From a phage, in NCBI GenBank assembly GCA_023802575.1, contig GCA_023802575.1_3947.1: a stretch of DNA of 64,000 nt; one strand, 5' to 3'. Made by a program: the position numbers and the translations under genes. This document shows, piece by piece, positions 6,785-16,447 of this stretch (position 1 is the first letter of the stretch; each line of letters opens with the position of its first letter). Below the pieces are notes generated by a model. That model ran no database searches. It worked only from the letters and a program-made list of their open reading frames with translations, and was not told where the DNA came from.

Positions 6785-6865
6785 ATTTTACTCTCTTCTC
6801 TCATTTGTTGTTTGATGTGACAGACTTTAGAGCAACTTTGTAGAGTCTGTCAACACCTTTTAAAA

Positions 6866-7237
6866 TTATTTTTTGAGAGTCGCTACAGCAGAGAACGTTG
6901 GTTTGTTATCTGTCTGTTGTTGACCACCATTATCAGGAGTCTTCTTAGTGTCTGCTGCAAGTGCTTTCATCTCACCTGCTGAGTGAGTAAAGATAGTTTT
7001 ACCGACCTCAATCATACTCTTGATGGTTACGTCATCTGTGTTTAACCCGAACTCTGCAAGCTTAGCCGCATCCCTTGTAACAATCGCCTCAAACAGCTTT
7101 GCAGCGAACTCAGCAGAATTATCAATGGTCAGTTGAGCTTTTACGAGTGAGCTTTTGTTACGTGAACCTTTCGGTCTTCCAGATGGGTTACCAGACTGGC
7201 CTTTTTTAAACTGGCCTTTGTTTGTTCTGTTTTTCAT
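6866..7237 (-). CDS. hypothetical protein (123 aa) with N-terminal GNPSGRPKG motif
   Basis: six-frame ORF; basic Gly/Pro-rich N-terminus KGQSGNPSGRPKGSRNK. Confidence 0.55.
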   Translation of the reverse strand: MKNRTNKGQFKKGQSGNPSGRPKGSRNKSSLVKAQLTIDNSAEFAAKLFEAIVTRDAAKLAEFGLNTDDVTIKSMIEVGKTIFTHSAGEMKALAADTKKTPDNGGQQQTDNKPTFSAVATLKK

Positions 7238-7364
7238 TGGTATGCCTCTTATAAGACCTCTTAAAAGGCTTTTAAGATAAAAGATAGATATCCAGAAAGA
7301 TATCTGTTTAAATAGCCTTTTTAGAGGAACCTTTTAAGTTATCTTCTAAGTATTTATAAGCCTA

Positions 7365-7388
7365 CACCTTGTCAAGTACTTTGTCAAC
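7365..7388. promoter_or_regulatory. 24-bp conserved motif CACCTTGTCAAGTACTTTGTCAAC in divergent control region
   Basis: near-identical copy at 53210..53233 and inverted half-copy at ~55996..56010; two direct TTGTCAA repeats. Confidence 0.5.
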
Positions 7389-7486
7389 AACTTTTTTAAC
7401 TTGCAATAGTTCTTGACTTGTTGTATGGATTACTGTACCATCTTAGTTAAAGCTGTAGGTCTGCCTTGTTCTACAAAGGAGACTTA

Positions 7487-7648
7487 ATGAGAAAATCAAA
7501 TAAACCGAAGAAAGGTAAGAATACCAATCACTGTAAGGAATCAAAAAGGGTAGAGTTAATCTACTATTCATCCTCTGAAATTGGTCTGTACCTGTTCTTT
7601 CAAAATTACAGAAGACAAGAGGATTATCTATGTGTAGTTCCCAATTAG
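7487..7648 (+). CDS. hypothetical small basic protein (~53 aa)
   Basis: ORF 7466..7648 with start moved to ATG preceded by AAGGAG. Confidence 0.3.
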   Translation: MRKSNKPKKGKNTNHCKESKRVELIYYSSSEIGLYLFFQNYRRQEDYLCVVPN

Positions 7649-7863
7649 AAATCGCAGATATTATAGATTTATATCAAACTGCAAAGAGTCATGGCTATAT
7701 AACCTCAATTGGAAAGAATAGTCACTATGATGCTTTGACTGGAATGTATTTCAGGGCAATGGCTCAATCTAGTGAACAACACTTAATGGTTTCTTCCAGT
7801 GAGTTTACTTCGTTTCTCTATTGCAGCAAAATTATAAATCGCAGGAGAACTGAAAAATGTTAA
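7630..7863 (+). CDS. hypothetical protein (77 aa)
   Basis: six-frame ORF; AGAGGA upstream. Confidence 0.35.
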   Translation: MCSSQLEIADIIDLYQTAKSHGYITSIGKNSHYDALTGMYFRAMAQSSEQHLMVSSSEFTSFLYCSKIINRRRTEKC

Positions 7864-8447
7864 CAGTAAGTTTTAATTACAATAGTGATGGCTCTGTATC
7901 AATTAATTCACCATATGCAAATGACCTTCTTAAAGAGCTAGTCAATCAGTGTGATAGAGGTCTTCACTATGTTCAAAATTCTTTTAAGCAGAAGACTATT
8001 GCAAATAACCTGATGCGTGTGACGGTTACAACATCAAACCCAAACTACGACATTGATAGTGAAAGTCCTTACTCTTTAGTGGCTCTTGGAGAATGCAGTC
8101 AATTCAAACTTGTATGCCACGAATCAGAAACATTTCTTAAGGTATTTTCCAGCCTTATTCACAATAACAAGTATGGATATGTTGATGGTAGTGTTAACTT
8201 CTATCCAGCAAACTATACCTGTCTATTGATTGATAATATGAGAAGTAGCAAGCAAGAGCCTACAGAAATTTCATTTGATGTGAACTCTAGTCCAGATGCA
8301 GAAACAAGTAATAACTTCGATATGAGTTACGCACTATCACTGAGTAAGAAATCCGAGTTCATTGATTATGTCAATGGATTTGGTTTTAAGTTTGACGAGA
8401 GCATGAATCTCAAAAAACTTAAGAACCTACTTAAGACCAAAGCTTAA
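7857..8447 (+). CDS. hypothetical protein (196 aa)
   Basis: six-frame ORF; followed by terminator hairpin. Confidence 0.6.
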   Translation: MLTVSFNYNSDGSVSINSPYANDLLKELVNQCDRGLHYVQNSFKQKTIANNLMRVTVTTSNPNYDIDSESPYSLVALGECSQFKLVCHESETFLKVFSSLIHNNKYGYVDGSVNFYPANYTCLLIDNMRSSKQEPTEISFDVNSSPDAETSNNFDMSYALSLSKKSEFIDYVNGFGFKFDESMNLKKLKNLLKTKA

Positions 8448-8456
8448 GTATAAACA

Positions 8457-8480
8457 GGGGCTGATGCCCCTTTCTCTATT
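8457..8480 (+). terminator. intrinsic terminator-like hairpin
   Basis: AGGGGC-TGAT-GCCCCT then T-rich tract. Confidence 0.5.
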
Positions 8481-8494
8481 TATAAGGATATTTA

Positions 8495-8866
8495 ATGAAG
8501 GCTAAGAGTGCAAAAGACTTTTACTGCTTCCTACAATCCTATATCCACTCCGTGGAGAATGGTGAAAGATATAATCTCAACGATGTTATTGCATCACCTT
8601 TAACATGGAGAATGAGTAAATGGCCTGAAGAGGATATTACACCAACTGCCGAACAACCCGCCTATAACCCAGAAATTAAACTCCCAGATTCAGATAAGTT
8701 ACTATACCCGATGTTCCACATTGTTGGGCTTGGTACGTTTCTTATGGATATCCAGTATGTAATTGGTAAGGGCTATAAAGTTGAAGGTATTGTTGTTAGT
8801 GATGTGTCTCCACAACATAAAGGCTATTTTAGATTAAACGCACGTTTAGAGGCTAAAAAGAAATGA
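8495..8866 (+). CDS. hypothetical protein (123 aa), paralog of the N-terminal domain of the next gene
   Basis: N-terminal similarity to 8863..9996 (K-x-x-DF, GxRY, W(P/R)..E(E/A)DI, MD(I/L)QY). Confidence 0.6.
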   Translation: MKAKSAKDFYCFLQSYIHSVENGERYNLNDVIASPLTWRMSKWPEEDITPTAEQPAYNPEIKLPDSDKLLYPMFHIVGLGTFLMDIQYVIGKGYKVEGIVVSDVSPQHKGYFRLNARLEAKKK

Positions 8867-9996
8867 TTAAAGCAAAGACTTACCCAGACTTCAAAGAATT
8901 TGTAAAGGGCTTCATTGCAAATGTAAAGGCTGGTAAGAGATATGATTTTAGAACATATCAAGAAGCTATTTTACCACTTACCTATAGTTCATATTGGCCT
9001 GAAGCTGATATTGCAGAAGTTGAGAAGTTTGATTACAAACCAGACTACAAAGTTCCATTTAGTGATGAACTCCTTTACAGCGTCGGCGCGCAGATGAGAA
9101 CTGCTGATTTCTTCATGGATTTACAGTATGCAATTATCAACGGTAAAGATGTTGACACAATTTACTGTGAATGGCTGGCAAGAGTGAAGCCATTCTCAAT
9201 GTTGAATGCTAAGCTGAAGGATGCTATTAAGCCACCAGCAATTACTCAGCAACCAACAGGACAAACAGTCAATGAGGGTGGCACACTTACTCTAAGTGTT
9301 CTAGCAACTAACGCCACTGGATATCAGTGGAAGAAGGATGGTGAGGATATCCCCAGTGCCACTTCTGCAACTTACACAAAACAATCTGTAGTACCTTCTG
9401 ACGCTGGCTCATACACTTGTGTTGTATCTGGAGAGGCTGGAACAAGCGTTACCTCAGATGAAGCAACAGTTACTGTGAACGCTTTACCAGTGATTACCAA
9501 ACAACCTTCTAGCCAGACCATCAATGAAGGTGGCAACATTAGCTTGGAAGTGACTGCCACAGGTGCAACGGGCTATCAGTGGAAGAAAGATGGCTCTAAT
9601 ATTCCTTCAGCTACAAACGCTACTTATAGCAAGTCTGGCGCACTACCAGCAGATGCAGGTTCATATACTTGCGTTGTAACAGGTGCAGGTGGTTCCGTTA
9701 CTTCTAGCCCTGCAACAGTAACCGTTAAAGCACTTCCTGTAATCACTCAACAGCCAACTAATCAAGAAATCACTGAAGGTGAGACATTGACACTCAACGT
9801 TGTGGCAACAGGTGCGACAGGTTACCAGTGGAAGAAGGGTGAGGAAAACATCCCAGACGCAATGACTGCAACTTACACCAAAGAAGGTGCAACTGCTGCT
9901 GATGCAGGAAGCTACACTTGCGTAGTGACTGGTGCAGGTGGCTCTGTAACATCTAATGCGGCAACAGTTACAGTTAACCCAACAGGGGAGGCATAA
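8863..9996 (+). CDS. protein with N-terminal domain plus three tandem Ig-like repeats (377 aa)
   Basis: three ~80-aa repeats each with GATGYQWKKDG...DAGSYTCVVTGAGGSVTS...ATVTV; DNA-level tandem repeats ~9230-9990. Confidence 0.65.
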   Translation: MIKAKTYPDFKEFVKGFIANVKAGKRYDFRTYQEAILPLTYSSYWPEADIAEVEKFDYKPDYKVPFSDELLYSVGAQMRTADFFMDLQYAIINGKDVDTIYCEWLARVKPFSMLNAKLKDAIKPPAITQQPTGQTVNEGGTLTLSVLATNATGYQWKKDGEDIPSATSATYTKQSVVPSDAGSYTCVVSGEAGTSVTSDEATVTVNALPVITKQPSSQTINEGGNISLEVTATGATGYQWKKDGSNIPSATNATYSKSGALPADAGSYTCVVTGAGGSVTSSPATVTVKALPVITQQPTNQEITEGETLTLNVVATGATGYQWKKGEENIPDAMTATYTKEGATAADAGSYTCVVTGAGGSVTSNAATVTVNPTGEA

Positions 9997-10460
9997 TGCA
10001 ACTCTCAAGAAAAGGCTTAGAAGCCATTAAGTTCTTTGAAGGTCTGAAGTTAGAGGCTTACAAAGACTCTGCCGGAATCCCAACAATCGGGTATGGTACA
10101 ATCCGTATTGACGGAAAACCTGTTAAGATGGGTATGAAAATCACGGCTGGACAAGCTGAACAGTATCTTCTCGCAGATGTTGAAAAGTTTGTTGCAGCAG
10201 TGAACAAAGCTATCAAGGTTCCAACCTCTCAGAATGAGTTCGATGCACTTGTAAGTGAAACATACAACATTGGTATCACAGCTATGCAGGATTCTACATT
10301 TATTAAGCGCCACAATGCTGGTAATAAGGTAGGTTGTGCAGAAGCTATGCAGTGGTGGAACAAGATTACAGTCAAAGGTGAGAAGGTCACTTCAAACGGC
10401 CTGAAAAATAGACGTAGAATGGAAGCTAACATTTATCTTGACAGTGTATATCCAAAGTAA
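9996..10460 (+). CDS. endolysin, T4-lysozyme-like glycoside hydrolase (GH24-type)
   Basis: N-terminal EGLKLEAYKDSAGIPTIGYG catalytic region typical of phage lysozymes; 154 aa. Confidence 0.85.
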   Translation: MQLSRKGLEAIKFFEGLKLEAYKDSAGIPTIGYGTIRIDGKPVKMGMKITAGQAEQYLLADVEKFVAAVNKAIKVPTSQNEFDALVSETYNIGITAMQDSTFIKRHNAGNKVGCAEAMQWWNKITVKGEKVTSNGLKNRRRMEANIYLDSVYPK

Positions 10461-10470
10461 TATCTTCATA

Positions 10471-10494
10471 GGCTCCTTCGGGAGCCTTTTTTAT
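10471..10494 (+). terminator. intrinsic terminator
   Basis: GGCTCC-TTCG-GGAGCC followed by TTTTTTATTTT. Confidence 0.7.
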
Positions 10495-10511
10495 TTTCTA
10501 AGGAGAAAACT

Positions 10512-10910
10512 ATGAAGCTTTGGGCTAGTGACTTTGGGACTTTTAAGTACACTCGTAATGGTTCGCTTGTACGCATTGTCGGAAACAATGTGGTTTCAAG
10601 AGGTGACAAGGTGTATACACGGTTTACTGTAGAGCTTGTTGAACTGTCACCTATTGAGTCTGTGAACAATGGTCTGTTCAAGTTTGAGACTTACAATGTC
10701 AATGAACATGGACAATTCAACCCTCTTGGTGAAAGTGGACTTGATATTATTTCAGAACACCCCTTGACAAGAGAGCAGCTTGCGAGTTACTATAAAACAG
10801 TTCTTGAAAGGACTTTGGCAACACATGAGCATGAGGCCAGATATCACATAGAACGATGTGAAGTTTTAAGAGCAAAAATCGAACAAGCAGAGAGAGGTTT
10901 TTATGAATAA
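10512..10910 (+). CDS. hypothetical protein (132 aa)
   Basis: six-frame ORF; AGGAG upstream; translationally coupled block. Confidence 0.55.
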   Translation: MKLWASDFGTFKYTRNGSLVRIVGNNVVSRGDKVYTRFTVELVELSPIESVNNGLFKFETYNVNEHGQFNPLGESGLDIISEHPLTREQLASYYKTVLERTLATHEHEARYHIERCEVLRAKIEQAERGFYE

Positions 10911-11298
10911 TAGCAGTCATATCCACGTTAAAGTTGATGTCAGTCGTTACAGTGAAAATGAAGAATTAGACCTGCAAGATGCTCTTCTATTTGAGAAGAA
11001 TGGTAATCTTCATTTGCATTTTGAAGGTACAAACACATATCTCCACAGATGTCGAGATGATGCAGATGGTTGCCCTGTTTTTGCTTGGTATAATTTAGAG
11101 TTTCCTCTTTATGCAATCCACTATCCAGATGGTGGAGAAGACTGGACAACTCAATCAATCTTTGATGAGCTTAATGGTATTCAAGTTGAGCAAGAAGAGC
11201 AAGAACCTGTTGAACTCACCTTCACCTTTATCAAAGAAGAGAAAGTAGGTGATTTATCAGTAACTGAAGCAATTCAAGTCACACAGGTTATCCGTTAA
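10903..11298 (+). CDS. hypothetical protein (131 aa)
   Basis: six-frame ORF; overlapping start with upstream stop. Confidence 0.55.
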   Translation: MNNSSHIHVKVDVSRYSENEELDLQDALLFEKNGNLHLHFEGTNTYLHRCRDDADGCPVFAWYNLEFPLYAIHYPDGGEDWTTQSIFDELNGIQVEQEEQEPVELTFTFIKEEKVGDLSVTEAIQVTQVIR

Positions 11299-11591
11299 TG
11301 AGTAAAGTACAGGTTATTTTCCCTATTTGTGACTTCTCACTAGAGCGTGAACTTGACCTGTACGAAGAAATTACTGACGAAATCATCTGGTCTGTTGTAG
11401 AAGAGGCTATCAAGAATCTGTATGGTGGCCTCTTAAATCCATCAAGTAAGAAGTTAAGCACTAAGCAAGTAGCTGACCCATATGTTTCATACGATGCCTA
11501 CAACAAACCTTTTGAGAATACCTGCTTTGACCTTATGGTAGGTAATAATAAAGTCAACTATTTCTTCGTCAGAGAGTTTAACGATGAGTAA
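11298..11591 (+). CDS. hypothetical protein (97 aa)
   Basis: six-frame ORF; ATGA-type coupling. Confidence 0.55.
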   Translation: MSKVQVIFPICDFSLERELDLYEEITDEIIWSVVEEAIKNLYGGLLNPSSKKLSTKQVADPYVSYDAYNKPFENTCFDLMVGNNKVNYFFVREFNDE

Positions 11592-11928
11592 GCTCCATGT
11601 CACAGTTTACAAAAACTTCTCAGATATCAAAGAGTCTTTAACAAATAAGCTTGACTTACAACGTAAAAGACTCTTTTTAATGTACGACATAGATAACTAC
11701 AAACATCCTAAAGAGTTTAACTACAAAGATGGTACGAAGGTTGTCGAATTTGAAGATTCTGTAACGGTGTATGTCAAGCATGACTTACCAGCAAAGTACA
11801 TAGGGATGTTAGAGTATTACATATTCAAACATACTGGTATGCGAGGTGAATCTGTCAAGATATCTTCTATAGAAGTTTTTGAGAAACCTAACACACAACT
11901 TAAAAAGTATTTAATGAGGAAACTGTAA
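11584..11928 (+). CDS. hypothetical protein (114 aa)
   Basis: six-frame ORF; coupled. Confidence 0.55.
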   Translation: MSKLHVTVYKNFSDIKESLTNKLDLQRKRLFLMYDIDNYKHPKEFNYKDGTKVVEFEDSVTVYVKHDLPAKYIGMLEYYIFKHTGMRGESVKISSIEVFEKPNTQLKKYLMRKL

Positions 11929-12509
11929 TGTCCGAAGAGCAACAGCTTATCACTCCACAAGTAACACTAGTTCAACATTTTGGAAACATTGAAGGGTGTA
12001 TAGCACTTTTTCAACCAAGCATCAATTCCCCTGCAAAAGTTTGCAAGTTGACCATGAACGTTAACAACATCAGCGTTTGTCTTGTTGATGAAGTCCAATA
12101 CTTCAAGTTCAATGACAGAGAAGTTGATGCAGCTTTGTTGAAGTATCGTGCAAATCTTGAAAAAGACATTGACCACAAAGAACTTGTAACACTGTTTGGT
12201 GACCTACACAAGCTTCTTGAAAAGGTTATGAAGCGCACATATTATATGAATAATGGTTCAATCATCACTACTTTGATTTCACCATGTATATCAGAACCAA
12301 TCCTGACAGATGAAGGTGCATACTACGTGGTAGCATCAGCAGATTCTGATTGGTGGATGAAAAATACAGCACTGAAGACAGTGATTGAAGCCATTCGTGA
12401 ACATATCCCTTCATTCAGTCCGTGGAAAGGTAAAGGTGATGACTTTATCGCACTGTTGAGTGAAGAGAGTAACAAGCGCAGTGCATTACTGCCTAAAAAA
12501 TACTCTTGA
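11928..12509 (+). CDS. hypothetical protein (193 aa)
   Basis: six-frame ORF; coupled. Confidence 0.55.
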   Translation: MSEEQQLITPQVTLVQHFGNIEGCIALFQPSINSPAKVCKLTMNVNNISVCLVDEVQYFKFNDREVDAALLKYRANLEKDIDHKELVTLFGDLHKLLEKVMKRTYYMNNGSIITTLISPCISEPILTDEGAYYVVASADSDWWMKNTALKTVIEAIREHIPSFSPWKGKGDDFIALLSEESNKRSALLPKKYS

Positions 12510-12658
12510 CCAAGTATACAAGATTAACTATGATGGGAGCTATCGAGAGGTAGTTCCCTTTTTAGTTTCTGGAGAGTAGATATGGCTAAAGCTGGTCTCA
12601 CTCCAAATGAAGTTACAAGAGAAACACAACGTCAGTTCAGAAACGCTATGGTGAGAGA

Positions 12659-12877
12659 ATGAAAAAGTTAACTACAGTTGAAGATTACTACAAGCTGTCT
12701 CTATTAGAACAATATCGTAGAAGCCAGAATATCAGGAAATGCTATGGTAGACATGCTGAAGGTGATTTTTACCATTGTTATGATGCAGATTTAAAAGGTG
12801 TAACACCTAGAGGTAAAGTCCTGCAAAGACTTGTTGACCTTGAATGGAACAAACGATTGAGAGGGGTTGGAAAATGA
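12659..12877 (+). CDS. hypothetical protein (72 aa)
   Basis: six-frame ORF. Confidence 0.45.
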   Translation: MKKLTTVEDYYKLSLLEQYRRSQNIRKCYGRHAEGDFYHCYDADLKGVTPRGKVLQRLVDLEWNKRLRGVGK

Positions 12878-13377
12878 TTTTTGAAGAAAGATACAAGATA
12901 GACTACCAGAAAACTGGTCATCATGTCTCTTTAAGAGTAACTAAACCAAATGGAGATACTGGTATCATAGCACATTTTGGTGGTGATTATTGGTACGGTA
13001 CAGGTTGTTTTGAAGGTTACAATCAAGAGTACTTGAAAGCTTTCTACAGAGACTTTACAAACGACTACAACAGAGTTGTTGACGAAAAGAATAAGTGCAT
13101 TAAGCATGAATACCATGCAAGAGGTTGTCTGAATATTGCTATGATACTGGTTTTCTTCTTAGCAACATTGATAGCCGTATCATCAATCAGCTACATAGCT
13201 CAAGACTTAACCATTACACAGATTACCGCAAAGGTCTATGATGTTTGGTACTTGTATGCTGTTCCTTTAGCTGGTATCATCATCTCACTAATGAGATTCA
13301 GAGTTCATAAGAAACGACTTAAGGACTCTGAGGTTAAACTTGAAGAGGTAAGTAAAGAATGCAACCTACAATTATAG
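12874..13377 (+). CDS. hypothetical membrane protein (~167 aa)
   Basis: ORF 12844..13377 with start moved to ATGA-coupled ATG; two hydrophobic helices. Confidence 0.5.
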   Translation: MIFEERYKIDYQKTGHHVSLRVTKPNGDTGIIAHFGGDYWYGTGCFEGYNQEYLKAFYRDFTNDYNRVVDEKNKCIKHEYHARGCLNIAMILVFFLATLIAVSSISYIAQDLTITQITAKVYDVWYLYAVPLAGIIISLMRFRVHKKRLKDSEVKLEEVSKECNLQL

Positions 13378-13453
13378 CTGTATGTGTTCGTTTTGCAATC
13401 GCTGAAATGATTAACAAGGCAATCTTGAAAGATGCCTATGGAGAGACTAAGTA

Positions 13454-13678
13454 ATGATTAAGACACCTGTACCAATTTTTGGATTTCCTTCTATAGAAGA
13501 GTTCAAAGTTTATCTTGACAAAAACTTCTACAATGAGCAGCCTGTTACTTTACTGAAGAGTGACTTATCAGAGCTTCTTGATATGGTTATCAAGGCAATT
13601 CCTGAGAAAGAACCTGAGCAGAAGGCTGAGAAGAAGACTAGTAAGAAATCTGATAAGAAGACTGAAAAGTCTGAGTAA
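13454..13678 (+). CDS. hypothetical protein (74 aa), Lys/Glu-rich C-terminus
   Basis: six-frame ORF. Confidence 0.45.
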   Translation: MIKTPVPIFGFPSIEEFKVYLDKNFYNEQPVTLLKSDLSELLDMVIKAIPEKEPEQKAEKKTSKKSDKKTEKSE

Positions 13679-13731
13679 TAACTTAGGGGTTACTTGATAG
13701 CCCCTTTGTAGAAACTTAGAAGGTAGCGAAT

Positions 13732-14160
13732 ATGCAAATCATAGCTGGTCAAGAACTTGACATCATAGATGCAAAAACACAGGAGTACATCGCAACAGTG
13801 AAGGTTATAGGAGTCAGGGAGTGGAATACTGAATACCCAATTCAATGCCTTGTGCTGGAGAAGTTTAAAGCTAATGGTGTACACTTTTACCACGGTGACT
13901 ACATCAGCTTTAACAAAGATGGTTACTGGCGTGGTAGTGACCACCCTCAAGCAAATGAGTTTAATATGCGTCTAGCAATACCACAAAAAGATAACCAACA
14001 AAACGTAAAAGATATCCTTGTAGAAGCCTATGAAGAAGGTATAATAGCTGTTGTGCATGATGTTGAAAAAGCTTTAAAGCTTGTTATGCCGCATTTAGAA
14101 TCTGGAAAGCTGACTTTAGAGATGCTTAATAGGGTTATTCGGAGAGCTTATGAAAATTAA
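13732..14160 (+). CDS. hypothetical protein (142 aa)
   Basis: six-frame ORF; SD-like upstream. Confidence 0.55.
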   Translation: MQIIAGQELDIIDAKTQEYIATVKVIGVREWNTEYPIQCLVLEKFKANGVHFYHGDYISFNKDGYWRGSDHPQANEFNMRLAIPQKDNQQNVKDILVEAYEEGIIAVVHDVEKALKLVMPHLESGKLTLEMLNRVIRRAYEN

Positions 14161-14614
14161 AGAAGTAGTTCAAAAAGCAATGCTTAACAACTCAACTAAA
14201 GATGAGATGTACACAGAAATTTGTGATAAGTTGAATTGCTCAAGACATGCTGCTAAGGTTCTTGTACATTGTTTTATCTGGGAATGCTCAGAAGCTTATA
14301 TGCAATATGTAGCGTTTGAAAGTTCTCACTTGCTAGGTGATGTAGAAGCTGGCGAAAAGCTAAAAGAACCTGAAGTGAAAACAGTCCCTAAAGTTGGTAA
14401 TACATACCCTCTTAAAGACTTCAAGACTGGAAAGATTGTTGCAAAAGGTGTAGTAGAGTCTGTCTACCATGATGGTAAATACTTACTTAAAATATTCGAG
14501 TATGACAGCCACTATACGCACTTATGTGGGATTACATTCTTAGTAACAGAAGAAGACCTTATTAGGAACAATAGCAACAAGTTTGCAGTACCAGCTTACC
14601 AAGTTTTACGATAA
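14150..14614 (+). CDS. hypothetical protein (154 aa)
   Basis: six-frame ORF; coupled. Confidence 0.55.
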   Translation: MKIKEVVQKAMLNNSTKDEMYTEICDKLNCSRHAAKVLVHCFIWECSEAYMQYVAFESSHLLGDVEAGEKLKEPEVKTVPKVGNTYPLKDFKTGKIVAKGVVESVYHDGKYLLKIFEYDSHYTHLCGITFLVTEEDLIRNNSNKFAVPAYQVLR

Positions 14615-14627
14615 TGGTGTGATAGCT

Positions 14628-15176
14628 ATGGAAAAAGATAACTTAAAAGAAGTTGAAGGTAACTACCTAGTCCTTGACTGGAATGATATTCGTGGAGCAC
14701 TCTCCGAAGAAAATTTTGACTGGTTCGAACAAATCATCTTTGCAGTACGGCATAACAGAGAAGTTGAAAATGGTAAAGAACCACTTGAAGGAATCTTTGT
14801 AGAAAGGTCTTATCCGTTCTATGAAGACACTTTGCAGAAAGTTAAGATGTACTTTAGACAGAAGAACCGTAAAGTGGTCACTATGGTCTCTCTTGGTGGA
14901 CAGAGTATGTCTGTGATGGAAGATATCAACCCTAAGAGACCGAGTAAAGGTGTTTGTATAAAAATCACAGGTCATGAAGAGTATATCTCAGTGGATGACT
15001 TTAGTGCATTCTGTAGTGGTTCTTGTGTCTTTAATGGTTTTCACTATGATATCCGAGTTTACCCAATCAAGGGTGATGGTATCATGATGCAGGTATTCGA
15101 TAATAACAATGGATTTACTCATTTTTATCAGACAACCAAGTCATCACTGAAAACAGTTCTGGAAACACTGATTTAA
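14628..15176 (+). CDS. hypothetical protein (~182 aa)
   Basis: ORF 14583..15176 with start moved to first ATG after upstream stop. Confidence 0.5.
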   Translation: MEKDNLKEVEGNYLVLDWNDIRGALSEENFDWFEQIIFAVRHNREVENGKEPLEGIFVERSYPFYEDTLQKVKMYFRQKNRKVVTMVSLGGQSMSVMEDINPKRPSKGVCIKITGHEEYISVDDFSAFCSGSCVFNGFHYDIRVYPIKGDGIMMQVFDNNNGFTHFYQTTKSSLKTVLETLI

Positions 15177-15187
15177 AATATCTTAAG

Positions 15188-15216
15188 AGCCTCCTTAATT
15201 GGGGGCTTTTTATTGA
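15188..15216 (+). terminator. intrinsic terminator-like hairpin
   Basis: AGCCTCC-TTAATT-GGGGGCT then TTTTTATT. Confidence 0.55.
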
Positions 15217-15229
15217 GTAAAATTTACGA

Positions 15230-16340
15230 AATTTATATTTTTTATAAAATTTATCGGTTGTTCCAACCTCTGGGTCACCATGATATGTGAACAAAGTATC
15301 TAACCTTCTTAACAGCCTTCTTAATCTTACTCTCTATATAGTTATATAGTACTATATAGTATCTTAGTAACTATCTAGTGGTCTTAATAGCCATCTGTAT
15401 AGCCCTTCTAAATAGCCCTCTAAACACTCTTCTAACAAGCCTTCTTAACAACCTATACAATCACCTTAACCATCTCTCTATACCCTCTTAGAAGCTCCTA
15501 TACACCTCTTAATCTCTATGTCAGCTATGTTACCCTCTATAGGTGTTCACTAGGTATTACTAAGCCTCTATATAGACTGTTTTAACAAACTTAACAGGAA
15601 TGTCTTCACAGACCTTATCTCACAAGGTCTAACACGGCACTAACAAGGTATCTTATAAGCCTGTTTCTACCTGTATTTTTAAAAGACTGTATAGGTAATT
15701 ATTCAGATTTTTAAAATTTTTATAAAATAGGACTATCAAGTCATTTTTTAGGGTCTTTGAAGGAACTGAAAAATATCTGTAGAAGATGTATATCTGCTTG
15801 GTAGCCCTTAACATCCCTGTAACATCCCCTTTGCAAAATTTTAAAATATCCTTAACAATCTCTTAACAGTTCTCACATCTTCTTAACATCTCTTCAAAGG
15901 TCTTAACAGATTCTTAACAGAACTAACAAGGGCTTAACAGTTTCTTAACAGTCGATACATGGTCTTTATAGTCTCTTAACAGATGACTAACAAGAGCTAA
16001 CAAGTTAATTTTTAAGAGTTATTTTGTTAAGATAATTAACAAGTTCCTAACGAGTGTCTAATCTTTTTAACAAGCTATTAACATGGTCACTACTCTTCTC
16101 TTATCGTTCCCTTTCCTTTCTTAGTGATTCTTTAAACATACCTCTTAAAAGCTCTCTATAGCTCCTTGTAAGCTCTTTTAAGCCTCTCCCTAGTAATTAC
16201 ACCCCAACTGTACAGATACCTCTTTATAGGGCTTTACAGGGGCTTTAAAGGCTATGCCAAAGGTTCTTACAAGGCTTTTACGTGGTTTTAACAGAGATTT
16301 AACAAGGGGCTAACAAGTTGCTAACAAGTGCCTTAAAAGC
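15230..16340. repeat. ORF-free region densely packed with CTTAACAG / CTAACAAG short motifs (phased array densest at ~15850-16085)
   Basis: ~30 copies of (C)TTAACA(G)/CTAACAAG with 10-13 bp spacing; no ORF >=60 aa in any frame across 15177-16821. Confidence 0.7.
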
Positions 16341-16394
16341 ATAACTATGTAGGATTTGTTAAGAAATTGTTAAGAAAATGTTAAGGGGGCTAGC

Positions 16395-16447
16395 ATTTAC
16401 GTAACTTTATAGCCCCTTTTACGTAACTTTAAAGCCCCTATAACATA
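16395..16447. repeat. tandem direct repeat TACGTAACTTTA(T/A)AGCCCC x2
   Basis: two adjacent copies ~26 bp apart. Confidence 0.5.

Noticed and set aside
15230-16340. CRISPR array interpretation of the motif-dense region, and likewise of the pentamer modules at 58.6-60.4 kb
   Set aside because: Repeats are 5-8 nt rather than 24-48 nt, with irregular spacing, no unique spacers of constant length, and no cas genes in the window.
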